DNA of 31,970 nt. Origin: Candidatus Woesearchaeota archaeon (lineage in GTDB: Archaea; Nanobdellota; Nanobdellia; SCGC-AAA011-G17; CAZHCT01). Shown piece after piece: positions 16,898 through 26,266 of this stretch. The notes under the pieces were generated by a model. That model did not search any database and was not told the origin of the DNA. It worked only from the letters and a program-made list of their open reading frames with translations. The position numbers were made by a program, and so were the translations under genes. Where the stretch lies: assembly GCA_964531355.1 (NCBI GenBank), contig CAZHCT010000002.1, positions 1-31,970 on the forward strand, in the 5' to 3' direction. Position 1 is the first letter of the stretch. Each line of letters opens with the position of its first letter.

Positions 16898-17590
16898 ATG
16901 GCTACTAAAATCGGTGTTTCAACAGGAGTATTTTACAAATACTTTAAGGAAGAAGAATTAAATCAAATGATTTCATTCCTAAAATCCATAGACCTTGATG
17001 TAATTGAAATACTTTATGCTAGACCATTTATGTTGGATGTGAAAATTTCAGATGAAAATATGGTTTATTTAAACACCAAAGAAGTATTAATTCATTCCCC
17101 TTTTTTTGTTAATCAAGGATATAAAGATATAGCTTATGATAAATCTCTTATTAAAAAGTTAATAGAGAAACAAAAATTACTTAGATCCAAGCACATTATT
17201 TTACATCCAGATTTATTGCCAAATTTTGATTTAATTAAAAAATATTCTAAGATATTTGTTTTTGAAAATTTGAAAGAAGAGAGAACTTATTCTTTTCAAA
17301 AATTATTGAATATGATAGATTCTGGACTAAAAATGAAAATTTCATTAGATATTGGTCATTTGAATAATATAGATAGTTTAGGATTATTAAAAATAATCAA
17401 AAAGTATAAAAAGAATATAGCTGAAATTCAATTATCTATTAAAGAAGATTATGAAGAATTTTTAAATGACAATATTAGTTCTAAATACTCTTTTTTGATA
17501 GGGATAGATATTCCAATAATTTTAGAGACAAGACCTAAAGAATTGTCTCATTTAAATATAATAATTAAAAATTTAAGAAACTTTTTATAA
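16898..17590 (+). CDS. Xylose isomerase/AP endonuclease 2-like TIM-barrel protein
   Basis: KIGVST, LIHSP, IILHP, FENL, SLDIGHL, ILET follow the strand order of this fold. Confidence 0.65.
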   Translation: MATKIGVSTGVFYKYFKEEELNQMISFLKSIDLDVIEILYARPFMLDVKISDENMVYLNTKEVLIHSPFFVNQGYKDIAYDKSLIKKLIEKQKLLRSKHIILHPDLLPNFDLIKKYSKIFVFENLKEERTYSFQKLLNMIDSGLKMKISLDIGHLNNIDSLGLLKIIKKYKKNIAEIQLSIKEDYEEFLNDNISSKYSFLIGIDIPIILETRPKELSHLNIIIKNLRNFL

Positions 17591-17625
17591 AAATAGAAAG
17601 ATTTAAATAGTAATTATCTTTGATA

Positions 17626-17644
17626 TTAGTAATAAAATTACTAA
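17626..17644. promoter_or_regulatory. Putative AbiEi operator TTAGTAAT-AAA-ATTACTAA
   Basis: Perfect 8-3-8 inverted repeat between the TATA box (about 17602-17609) and the abiEi ATG; extra half-site TAGTAAT at 17608-17614. Confidence 0.55.
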
Positions 17645-17656
17645 AATTAAAGAAAA

Positions 17657-18364
17657 ATGCAATTAAGCAAACTTGAGAATAGGGTTTATGAAGAACTGAA
17701 AAAGAACAAATTTATCGCATTTAAAATCAGAGATTTGAGCTTGCTGCTGAATCTAAGCAGAACAAAAGCTTACAATATTGTGAAGGCTCTTAAAAGAAAG
17801 CAGGCAATAGAGAGAATTGGGAAGAATTTTTTTGCACTAAGAGAAATGAATGATATTGTCATTGGCCAAACTATCCATTACCCTTCTTACCTTTCTTTCT
17901 GGTCTGCTTTGAACTATTACGGATTTTCTGACCAAACCCCAAAGAAAATATTTTTTGCCACAACAAAATATGCAAAGGAAATTAATAATTTTAAATATGT
18001 AACATTATCAAAGAAAAGATTTTTTGGCTATGAAAGAATAGGAGAATTAACAATTGCGGAAAAAGAAAAGGCGATTATAGACTCTTTGCTATTCCCAAAA
18101 TATTCCGGGGGAATCAGAGAAATAAACGCGGTTTTAAGAACAGGTTTGAAACAGATAAATATTAAAAGATTGATAAATTATGCCTTTAAAGTTGAGAGCA
18201 AAGCAGTTTTAAGAAGACTTGGTTTCATTCTTGAAACACTAAATTATAAAAAAGAGTTAAAAAAGATAAGAGAAAACATAGGCAGGGGCTATGAATTGCT
18301 AGATCCCGCTTTAAAAAGAAAAAATAATTTAAATAAAAAATGGCTTTTAGATGTGAACTGGTAA
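17657..18364 (+). CDS. abiEi: AbiEi-like type IV antitoxin / transcriptional regulator
   Basis: N-terminal wHTH; YPSYLSFWSALNYYGFSDQTP; AEKEKAIIDSL; RRLGFILE. Confidence 0.85.
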   Translation: MQLSKLENRVYEELKKNKFIAFKIRDLSLLLNLSRTKAYNIVKALKRKQAIERIGKNFFALREMNDIVIGQTIHYPSYLSFWSALNYYGFSDQTPKKIFFATTKYAKEINNFKYVTLSKKRFFGYERIGELTIAEKEKAIIDSLLFPKYSGGIREINAVLRTGLKQINIKRLINYAFKVESKAVLRRLGFILETLNYKKELKKIRENIGRGYELLDPALKRKNNLNKKWLLDVNW

Positions 18365-18365
18365 A

Positions 18366-19112
18366 ATGATCCTAATAGAAGAGCTTAATCAAATTAAAGA
18401 AGCAAAAAAGACAAATTCATACTATGAAGAAAAGGAATACCTGCAATATATTTTTCTTAATGCTATTTCTAAATATCCCGATAATTTTGTCTTTAAGGGG
18501 GGAACATGCTTGAAAATATGTTTTGGTCTTGAAAGAGCATCAGAAGATTTAGACTTCAGCACCAGTTTTAAGATTGATAAACTTAAAGAAGTTGTTTATA
18601 AATGCTTAAAAGATTTTGAGTTGCTTAATATAAATTATGAGATTTATTCAGAAAGAGAGTTTGAAGGCAATTTAAGATTTGAGATTAGATTTAAAGGCCC
18701 TTTATTCCAAGGACATGCAAAATCAACAAACACCCTGAAGATAGATTTCAACAAAAGAAATGTTAAAAATAAAATAATTAAAGTTATCCAAAAATTGTTT
18801 TCTGATGTGCCTTTATTCAGCATAGTTGTTTTAGATGAAAAAGAGATTCTCGCGGAAAAAATAAGGGCTTTAATTAATAGAGCAGAATCAAGAGATTTAT
18901 ATGATATATGGATGCTCTTAAATAAAGGAATAAAAATAGACAGAAAGCTTTTAATTATAAAATTAAATGAGGAAAAAAGCAAATTTTCTAATTTAAGATT
19001 TCCTTCAAAAGAGGAATATGAAAGAGATTTAAAAAATTTAGTTAAGACACTGCCATCTTACGAGCAAGTAAAGAAAGAAGTTTCAAAAGAATTTGATAAG
19101 ATTGCGCATTAA
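18366..19112 (+). CDS. abiEii: AbiEii-family nucleotidyltransferase toxin
   Basis: FVFKGGTCL...RASEDLDF; EILAEKIRAL...RDLYDIW. Confidence 0.92.
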   Translation: MILIEELNQIKEAKKTNSYYEEKEYLQYIFLNAISKYPDNFVFKGGTCLKICFGLERASEDLDFSTSFKIDKLKEVVYKCLKDFELLNINYEIYSEREFEGNLRFEIRFKGPLFQGHAKSTNTLKIDFNKRNVKNKIIKVIQKLFSDVPLFSIVVLDEKEILAEKIRALINRAESRDLYDIWMLLNKGIKIDRKLLIIKLNEEKSKFSNLRFPSKEEYERDLKNLVKTLPSYEQVKKEVSKEFDKIAH

Positions 19113-19179
19113 CTTATACATAAAGCGATTTTGTTGCATATGCAATATTTATAAACCCCAAAATTACAGAATTATAAAG

Positions 19180-20505
19180 ATGATAGAAATAGCAGCTATT
19201 GGAGGGTATGATGAAGTTGGAAAGAATATGACTGCTATTAAAATTGATGATGAGGTAATAATTCTTGATATTGGTTTGTTTTTGCCTAAAATAATCTCTT
19301 ATGAGGAAAATGAAAACAAAGAATTAAGCGCAAAGGAATTAATTGAGATTGGAGCTGGTCCAGATGATTCTATAATTGAGAAATGGAAAAACAATGCAAA
19401 GGCAATTGTTTTAGGGCATGCGCATTTAGACCATATTGGTTTTGCGCCTTATGTAGCAAACAAATACAAGTGCCCTATTTTAGGAACACCATTCACGTTA
19501 GAGGTTTTAAAAAAAATAATTGAAGACAAAGAAATAAAAGTAATGAACCAAATAATTCCAGTAAATCCAAATTCAAGCTTTAAAATATCTAAGAATATCA
19601 CTATAGAATTCATAAATATAACGCATTCCACATTGCAGACAGTAATGATAATAATACACACAAAATATGGGGATATTGTTTATGCAAATGACTTTAAGTT
19701 TGACAATCATCCTGTTTTAGGAAAAAAACCTAATTATGAAAGATTAAAGGAATTAAGCAAGAATACAATATGCTTAATAGTTGATTCATTATATTCTGGG
19801 TTAGAGCAGAAAACACCAAGCGAGAAAGTAGCAAGAGAGATGTTAAGCGATGTTTTATTAGGAACTGAAAACAAGGATAATGCAGTAATAGTAACTACGT
19901 TTGCATCTCATATAGCAAGATTAAAAAGCATAGTTGATTTTGGGCAAAAATTAAGAAGAAAGGTTGTTTTTTTGGGAAGAAGCTTGTCTAAATATGTTTA
20001 TGCTGCCAAAGACACGAATCTGATAGATTTCAAAAATGTTGAGATTATTGGATATGCAGGAAAGATAAAGAAAAAGCTAAGGGAAATTGAGAAAAACGGG
20101 AGAAGCAATTATTTGGTTGTTGTTACAGGGCATCAAGCAGAGCCTGGTTCTGTTTTAGTAAAAATGGTTAATGGAAATCTGCCATTTAATTTTTTGGATG
20201 GGGATCATATTGTATTTGCATGCAAGGTAATTCCAGATAAAGTAAATATTGAAAACCGGGAGAAATTAGAAGCAAAACTGAAGAAATTAGGAGTTAGGTT
20301 ATTCACAAATATACACCAGAGTGGGCATTGCGGAAGAGAAGATTTAAGGGATTTAATTGAGATGCTAAGACCAAGGCATATTATACCTGCTCATGGTGAC
20401 GAGGAAAAAAGAATTCCTTTAATAGAGCTAGCAACAGAGTTAGGTTACAAGAGAGATAAAGATGTGCATTTAATTAATAATGGGGATTTTTTAAGGATTA
20501 TTTAG
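19180..20505 (+). CDS. rnj: Archaeal ribonuclease J (beta-CASP metallo-beta-lactamase)
   Basis: AIGGYDEVGKNMTA, HAHLDHIG, THSTL, DFKFD, TTFASHIARL, GHQAEP, HQSGH, IIPAHG; ATG 19180 is 24 nt after TTTATAAA. Confidence 0.93.
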   Translation: MIEIAAIGGYDEVGKNMTAIKIDDEVIILDIGLFLPKIISYEENENKELSAKELIEIGAGPDDSIIEKWKNNAKAIVLGHAHLDHIGFAPYVANKYKCPILGTPFTLEVLKKIIEDKEIKVMNQIIPVNPNSSFKISKNITIEFINITHSTLQTVMIIIHTKYGDIVYANDFKFDNHPVLGKKPNYERLKELSKNTICLIVDSLYSGLEQKTPSEKVAREMLSDVLLGTENKDNAVIVTTFASHIARLKSIVDFGQKLRRKVVFLGRSLSKYVYAAKDTNLIDFKNVEIIGYAGKIKKKLREIEKNGRSNYLVVVTGHQAEPGSVLVKMVNGNLPFNFLDGDHIVFACKVIPDKVNIENREKLEAKLKKLGVRLFTNIHQSGHCGREDLRDLIEMLRPRHIIPAHGDEEKRIPLIELATELGYKRDKDVHLINNGDFLRII

Positions 20506-20548
20506 TAATAAAACAAGTTTAAATAGCCAAATAAGTTCTATTTTTACA

Positions 20549-20953
20549 ATGAAAATTAATAATTTAAGGCTTAATATATTAGGCTTGGTTATTGCTTTTT
20601 TAGCTGTAAATTTTGATAGAATTATGCATCCTTTTTTTGAGAGTGCTTTTCCGACATTTTATCCAGAGGTCTTTATATATTATTTGGTTAAGTTTTTGGT
20701 TATATATTTTGTTTTTATTATTCTTACATACTTATTTTTGCATTTAAAACCAAAGTTTATCAAGAGTTTAATATTAAGGCCTGTGATAATCGCTTTTACA
20801 GCTATGATAATATTTGCTATTTACTATTATTATTTTCCTTCAAACAGCGATCCTAGAGCATTACCTTTTGCATTTTTTCCATTAATGGGATTAAATCATT
20901 TTTTTGACATACTGGCTTCAATATTATTATTGGAATATTTAGGGAATAAATAA
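20549..20953 (+). CDS. Hypothetical membrane protein (about 4 TM)
   Basis: Hydrophobic 134-aa ORF; TATA at 20518-20525. Confidence 0.7.
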   Translation: MKINNLRLNILGLVIAFLAVNFDRIMHPFFESAFPTFYPEVFIYYLVKFLVIYFVFIILTYLFLHLKPKFIKSLILRPVIIAFTAMIIFAIYYYYFPSNSDPRALPFAFFPLMGLNHFFDILASILLLEYLGNK

Positions 20954-20984
20954 ATTTATAAGGAAAAAAACATACAAATAAACA

Positions 20985-21143
20985 ATGAATAAAAAAGCGA
21001 TAGTAATCAATCCAGTAAATATATTAATTGCATTCATTGCAATAGTAGGGGCTGGAGCATTTTTAATAAACCAGCCAAATTATGGGTTAATTTTATTAAT
21101 AATTTCAACTTTAGTGGAGGCTATAACCAGGATAATAAGATGA
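20985..21143 (+). CDS. Small 2-TM membrane protein (52 aa)
   Basis: MNKKAIVINPVNILIAFIAIVGAGAFLINQPNYGLILLIISTLVEAITRIIR; ATGA overlap with the next ORF. Confidence 0.65.
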   Translation: MNKKAIVINPVNILIAFIAIVGAGAFLINQPNYGLILLIISTLVEAITRIIR

Positions 21144-21286
21144 TAAATATTGCAAATTTGATTACAGGTATTTTAATAATTGGTTTAAATATAATTCCTT
21201 TATTAGTTAAAAATCCAAAATATTACAGCATAACATTACCCTTATCGTTGTTAATAGCAGCAATAAGAGTATTATTCATCAAATAA
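21140..21286 (+). CDS. Small 2-TM membrane protein (48 aa)
   Basis: MINIANLITGILIIGLNIIPLLVKNPKYYSITLPLSLLIAAIRVLFIK; translationally coupled to the previous ORF. Confidence 0.6.
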   Translation: MINIANLITGILIIGLNIIPLLVKNPKYYSITLPLSLLIAAIRVLFIK

Positions 21287-21306
21287 ATAAAAGGAGGTGT
21301 ATTTAA

Positions 21307-21456
21307 ATGGCAAAAACACAAGCTTGGATACAGGTTGTATTAGGTATTTTAGTTTTGATTGCGCCATGGGTAACGCAGTTAAGCAGCCAGGTTGGATTAG
21401 TGATTTTAGGAATTTTAATAGCATTAGTAGGAATCTGGGATTTAGCTGCCAAGTAA
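21307..21456 (+). CDS. Small 2-TM membrane protein (49 aa), SPW-repeat-like
   Basis: GGAGGTG at 21293-21299; MAKTQAWIQVVLGILVLIAPWVTQLSSQVGLVILGILIALVGIWDLAAK; followed by a T-tract. Confidence 0.75.
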   Translation: MAKTQAWIQVVLGILVLIAPWVTQLSSQVGLVILGILIALVGIWDLAAK

Positions 21457-21457
21457 A

Positions 21458-21483
21458 TTTTTTCTTTTTTTCTTTCTTTTTTT
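21458..21483 (+). terminator. Archaeal-type oligo-T terminator
   Basis: 26-nt T-rich pyrimidine tract immediately after the 21456 stop. Confidence 0.6.
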
Positions 21484-21538
21484 AAGTATATTTTAGAGTA
21501 GATATATCTATATAAATTCTAATTGTGTTTTAAATAAT

Positions 21539-22861
21539 ATGTGCGGGATATTTGGGGTGTATGGAAATGAAAATGCTGCAACATTAGCATGGCTGGGATT
21601 GCATGCAATACAGCATAGAGGACAGGAAAGTGCTGGGATTATTACTTCTGATGGAAAAAATATTTATCAGGATAAAGGTTCAGGAACAACTGCATTGGCA
21701 ATTAAATCAGAAAATTTAGGAAAGTTAAAGGGATTTTTAGCAATAGGCCATGTAAGATATTCTACAAGCGGAGAAAGCTCTTTGCAGCAACTAGAAAACT
21801 GCCAGCCTTTAATGAAATTATATAAAAAAATTCCATTTGCAATTGCCCATAACGGGAATATAGATGACATGTCTGTTTTGGATAATAAGTTAAATGGGCT
21901 TCTTTTCAGAACAAGCATAGATACAGAAGCTATAATGCATTTAATAGCTAAATCAGATAAAGAGGATTTTAAAGAAAAGGTTATAGATGCATTAAGGCAA
22001 ATTCCTCCATCTTATTCATTAGTAATGATTTATGGTGATATGCTGATTGCAGCAAGAGATCCTTATGGTTATAGGCCATTGTCATTGGGAAATCTAAATG
22101 GCACGCATTTAATTGCATCAGAGAGTGTTGCTTTTGATATTAATGAAGCAGAGTTTGTAAGAGATATTGAGCCTGGAGAAGTATTGTTCATTGATAAAAA
22201 TGGAATAGAAAGCAGGATAATAGAGAAAAAAGATAATTTGAAACAATGCATATTTGAATTGGTTTATTTTGCAAGACCAGACAGCAAGGTATTTGGCTAT
22301 AGTGTAAGCAAGTTCAAAGAGGAATTGGGAAGACAATTAGCAAGAGAGTTTCCCATTAAAGCTGATGTTATAGTGCCTGTTCCAGATGCTGCAAATTCAG
22401 CTGCTATTGGCTATTCTAAAGAGTCTGGGATTCCATATCATTTAGGCATAGTAAGAAACCATTATATTGGAAGGACTTTTATACAACCAGGAAATGAGCT
22501 AAGGCATTTTGGAGCTAAAATGAAATTTAATGCAGACAAGGAAATTTTAAATGGAAAAAGAGTTGTGATTGTTGATGATTCTATTGTTAGAGGAACTAAT
22601 GCAAGAAGAATAATTGAAATGGTCAGGAGAGCTGGAGCTAAGGAAGTCCATTTAATGATAACATTTCCACCTTGGAAAAAGCATTGCAGATGGGGCATTG
22701 ATACTAAATCTGATAAGGAATTGATTGCAGCTTCACATGAGATTGAGGAAATAAGAAAAGAAATAAATGCAGACAGCCTGCGTTATCTAAGCGCAGAGGG
22801 ATTATTAAAATCAGTTCATAATTCACAGAATAAGTTTTGCGTTTACTGCACAGGACATTAA
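21539..22861 (+). CDS. purF: Amidophosphoribosyltransferase (Fe-S type)
   Basis: MCGIFG Ntn nucleophile, QHRGQESAGI, GHVRYST, HNGN, CIFELVYFARPDS, VDDSIVRG PRPP loop, HCRWGID, FCVYC. Confidence 0.97.
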   Translation: MCGIFGVYGNENAATLAWLGLHAIQHRGQESAGIITSDGKNIYQDKGSGTTALAIKSENLGKLKGFLAIGHVRYSTSGESSLQQLENCQPLMKLYKKIPFAIAHNGNIDDMSVLDNKLNGLLFRTSIDTEAIMHLIAKSDKEDFKEKVIDALRQIPPSYSLVMIYGDMLIAARDPYGYRPLSLGNLNGTHLIASESVAFDINEAEFVRDIEPGEVLFIDKNGIESRIIEKKDNLKQCIFELVYFARPDSKVFGYSVSKFKEELGRQLAREFPIKADVIVPVPDAANSAAIGYSKESGIPYHLGIVRNHYIGRTFIQPGNELRHFGAKMKFNADKEILNGKRVVIVDDSIVRGTNARRIIEMVRRAGAKEVHLMITFPPWKKHCRWGIDTKSDKELIAASHEIEEIRKEINADSLRYLSAEGLLKSVHNSQNKFCVYCTGH

Positions 22862-22862
22862 A

Positions 22863-24038
22863 ATGAAATTTGCGCATTTAGCTGACTGCCATTTAGGGGG
22901 GTGGAGAGAACAGGAATTAAGAGACTTGAATATAGAAACATTCCAAAAAGCAATAGAGTTTTGCATTAAAGAAAATGTTGCTTTTGTCCTGATTTCCGGA
23001 GATTTGCTGAATACTTCTATTCCTTCAATTGAGCTGTTAAAAGGGGTAGCTCAGAATCTGGGGGAATTAAGAAACAATAATATTTCTGTTTATGTTATTC
23101 CTGGAAGCCATGATTTTTCCCCTTCTGGAAAGACAATGCTTGATGTTTTGGAAAAAGCTGATTTGATAGAGAATGTTGTCAAGCTAAAAGAGAATAAATT
23201 AGAGTTTACCTTGGATAAGACGAACACAAAGATTACTGGATTGTACGGGAAGAAGGGGGCATTGGAGAAAAATGAATATGAATTATTAGACAAGAAAAAT
23301 TTAGAAGATGAAAAGGGATTTAAAATATTTATGTTTCATACTGCCATAGATGAATTCAAAACTGATGAAAATTTAAAAGGAATAAAGTTTGATTTTCTGC
23401 CCAAGAATTTTGATTATTATGCTGGAGGGCATGTTCATTATATATTTAACAAAAAAGTTGGCAATAGCATAGTTGCATTTCCAGGTCCATTATTTCCAAA
23501 TAATTTTTTAGAGATTGAGGAATTGAAAAATGGCGGTTTTTATTTAGTGAATGTTAAAGATGATGTTAAAGTAGAATATGTTCCTATAAAGATTAAAGAG
23601 GTTTTAAGCTTGAATATAGATGCTAATGGAAAAAGCGCAAAAGATGTTGAAAGAGATATTTTAGATAATGCTGAGGATATTAAAGACAAGATAATCACGT
23701 TAAGAGTTGCTGGAACATTAGAAAGCGGAAAACCTTCTGATATTGATTTTAAATTAATCTTGGAGAAATTTAAAGACAGTTTTATTGTTTTGAGAAATAC
23801 TTCCAAGTTAACAACAAAGGAATTTGAAGAGTTTGAGATTAAAGCTGAAACAGTGGACGAGGTTGAAAATGCCATAATAAATGAGCATAAATCAAAGATG
23901 AAATTATTTGATGATGAGAAAGAAGCTGTTCATTTGCTGATTAATGCCCTGGATAAAGAGAAGATTGAAGGAGAGAAAAATATTGATTTTCAGAACAGGG
24001 TAATAAAAGACATAATAAAGGTGTTAAATGTTAATTAA
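22863..24038 (+). CDS. mre11: Mre11-like DNA repair nuclease
   Basis: Phosphoesterase motifs AHLADCHLG, SGDLL, PGSHDF, MFHT, AGGHVH; directly upstream of rad50. Confidence 0.92.
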   Translation: MKFAHLADCHLGGWREQELRDLNIETFQKAIEFCIKENVAFVLISGDLLNTSIPSIELLKGVAQNLGELRNNNISVYVIPGSHDFSPSGKTMLDVLEKADLIENVVKLKENKLEFTLDKTNTKITGLYGKKGALEKNEYELLDKKNLEDEKGFKIFMFHTAIDEFKTDENLKGIKFDFLPKNFDYYAGGHVHYIFNKKVGNSIVAFPGPLFPNNFLEIEELKNGGFYLVNVKDDVKVEYVPIKIKEVLSLNIDANGKSAKDVERDILDNAEDIKDKIITLRVAGTLESGKPSDIDFKLILEKFKDSFIVLRNTSKLTTKEFEEFEIKAETVDEVENAIINEHKSKMKLFDDEKEAVHLLINALDKEKIEGEKNIDFQNRVIKDIIKVLNVN

Positions 24039-26070
24039 AAGAATTAAACTGCAGAATATAAGGAGTTTTTTAGAGCAGGATATAAATTTTGGAAACGGGA
24101 GTGTTTTGCTCAGCGGTGATGTTGGAGCTGGAAAAAGTTCTGTATTATTGGCAATTGATTTTGCTTTATTTGGATTGGGAAGAGGAGCATTAAGCGGGGC
24201 TTCTTTATTGAGAAATGGAAAGAAAAATGGTTTTGTTGAGTTAAATTTTGAAATTGACGGGAAAAATATAATAATAAAAAGAACATTGAAAAGAGAAGCA
24301 AATGTCAACCAAGATTCTGGATATATAATAATTGACAATATAAAAAAAGAATTAACACCAATGGAATTAAAGCAGGTTATATTAAATTTATTGAATTATC
24401 CTGGAGAGTTATTGACAAAAAACAAGTCGTTGATTTACAGGTATACTGTTTACACCCCTCAAGAAGAGATGAAGAGGATTTTGTTGGAGGACAGAGAATT
24501 AAGATTGGATATATTAAGAAGGGTTTTTGGAATTGACAAGTACAAAAGAGTAAAAGAAAATGCAGATATTGCCATAAGTTTTTTAAAAGACAAGAGAAAA
24601 GAATTAGATGTTAAAATTTCAGATTTAGATGAATTGAAAAAAGAGATTGATGAAAGCAGAGAAAAAAGCAGATTAATTGCCAAAGATATTTCTGAATTAA
24701 GCAAAGAAATTGAAAGAGATAATATTCTATTGGATGAGAGAAAAAATGCGGTTTTGAAATTGGAGAAGGATATTGGAAAATTGATTGAACTAAAAAAACA
24801 ATTTGAGATTAATGAAAACAATGTAAATTACAAATCAAGAGAGTTTAATGAATTTAGTATAGAGATTAAAGATATAGAAAAACAAATTGAAAAATTAAGA
24901 ATAGAGGTTAAAGATAAGGTTGATGTAAATGAAGATGAAATAAAGGAGAATGAAAAAAAGATTAATGAAATAGAGAGAAATATAAGAGAAATTGATTTAA
25001 TAATGCAGGATTTGAAAACAAAGAAAGCGCATTCAATTGAAATAATCAACAGGGTAAAAACAATGGATAAATGCCCTTTATGCATGCAGAATGTTGATGA
25101 CAAGCATAAAGAAGATGTAATTAATCAAGAAAATTCAAAAATCAAGGAATTTGAGGAAAAAATAAAGGATAATAATAAAGAAGAATTGCAGAAAATAATC
25201 AAGGAATTAAAAGAAAAAAATGAATTAGCAAAAAAAGAAATGCATAGAGCAGAAATTATAAATTTAAAAATAAATAATTTAAATGAGCTTGAAAAAAGAA
25301 AAGAAAAAATCAAAGGTTTAATGGAAAAAACAAAGAAAGAGATTGAAGAATTAAATTCAAGAAAAATTAAGCTGAATGAAGAGATCGATGAGTTTAAGGA
25401 TGCTGAAACAAAGCATAATAAAGAAAAACAAGAATTAGAGAATATAAGAGAGATTATCCAGGAAAAGCAGATTGAAAAAGCTGGTTTTGAAAAAGAGCTT
25501 AAGACTTTTAATGTTAAAATAGAGAAATTAGAAAAAGAGATTAATGAGAAATTAAAGTTTAAAGAGAAAATAGGATATATAAGCAATTTGGAAGAATGGA
25601 TTAAGGAATATTTTGTAAATTTGATTAATATCATGGAGAAAAATATAATGGTTAAAGTGCATAATGATTTTAATACCTTATTCCAGAAGTGGTTTTCTAT
25701 TTTAGTTGATTCTGAATTATTAAAAATAAGGATAGATGAAGAGTTTACACCTTTGATAGAGCAGGCTGGGCATGAGATTGAGTATGATTTTTTATCTGGA
25801 GGAGAGAGAACAGCGGCTGCATTGGCTTATAGATTGGCTTTAAACCAGGTTATTAATTCATTAATATCAACAATAAAAACAAAAGACTTATTGGTATTGG
25901 ATGAGCCTACAGAAGGGTTTAGTTCTGAGCAATTGGATAGAATAAAGCTAATATTGGATGAGCTGAATATGAAGCAGATAATATTAGTAAGCCATGAGAG
26001 CAAAATAGAAAGTTTTGTTGACACTATTATCAGATTTGAGAAGAAGGATCATGTTAGTAAAATTATTTAA
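24028..26070 (+). CDS. rad50: Rad50/SbcC-like SMC ATPase
   Basis: Walker A GDVGAGKSS, Q-loop YTPQ, coiled coil with zinc hook CPLC, signature LSGGE, Walker B LDEPT, H-loop VSHE. Confidence 0.93.
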   Translation: MLIKRIKLQNIRSFLEQDINFGNGSVLLSGDVGAGKSSVLLAIDFALFGLGRGALSGASLLRNGKKNGFVELNFEIDGKNIIIKRTLKREANVNQDSGYIIIDNIKKELTPMELKQVILNLLNYPGELLTKNKSLIYRYTVYTPQEEMKRILLEDRELRLDILRRVFGIDKYKRVKENADIAISFLKDKRKELDVKISDLDELKKEIDESREKSRLIAKDISELSKEIERDNILLDERKNAVLKLEKDIGKLIELKKQFEINENNVNYKSREFNEFSIEIKDIEKQIEKLRIEVKDKVDVNEDEIKENEKKINEIERNIREIDLIMQDLKTKKAHSIEIINRVKTMDKCPLCMQNVDDKHKEDVINQENSKIKEFEEKIKDNNKEELQKIIKELKEKNELAKKEMHRAEIINLKINNLNELEKRKEKIKGLMEKTKKEIEELNSRKIKLNEEIDEFKDAETKHNKEKQELENIREIIQEKQIEKAGFEKELKTFNVKIEKLEKEINEKLKFKEKIGYISNLEEWIKEYFVNLINIMEKNIMVKVHNDFNTLFQKWFSILVDSELLKIRIDEEFTPLIEQAGHEIEYDFLSGGERTAAALAYRLALNQVINSLISTIKTKDLLVLDEPTEGFSSEQLDRIKLILDELNMKQIILVSHESKIESFVDTIIRFEKKDHVSKII

Positions 26071-26075
26071 TATAA

Positions 26076-26266
26076 TCATCTCTCTTCTATAAAATTAATT
26101 GGTATAAAATTCTTTTTCGATAATTTTTTTAAGATATCATACAAAATAAGCCTATGACATTTGGTTTTTGGACCTTTATACTTTTCATAACAACATAAAA
26201 TAATGTTTTCTATTGTTGCCCTTTTTTAGCACTTCTATAAAATCTAAAATCGTCTTTTTCTCCCAT
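26076..26266 (-). pseudogene. Frameshifted DUF488-like fragment
   Basis: GGAGG (26274-26278) then ATG 26266; one extra G at 26219-21 gives 63 aa MGEKDDFRFYRSAKKGATIENIILCCYEKYKGPKTKCHRLILYDILKKL..., with the LC.E...CHR motif of DUF488. Confidence 0.55.

Noticed and set aside
19134-19145. Perfect 12-bp palindrome TTGCATATGCAA beside the rnj TATA box (similarly TAGATATATCTA at 21499-21510)
   Set aside because: Several 6-bp-arm palindromes are expected by chance in 32 kb of AT-rich DNA, and there is no second copy.
19093-19179. 29-aa N-terminal extension of RNase J
   Set aside because: It overlaps the abiEii end and spans the TATA box; the family N-terminus starts at ATG 19180.
21297-21485. 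62-aa ORF in the track
   Set aside because: Its GTG start is part of the GGAGGTG RBS of the 49-aa ORF at 21307-21456, which has a coherent two-helix sequence and terminator.
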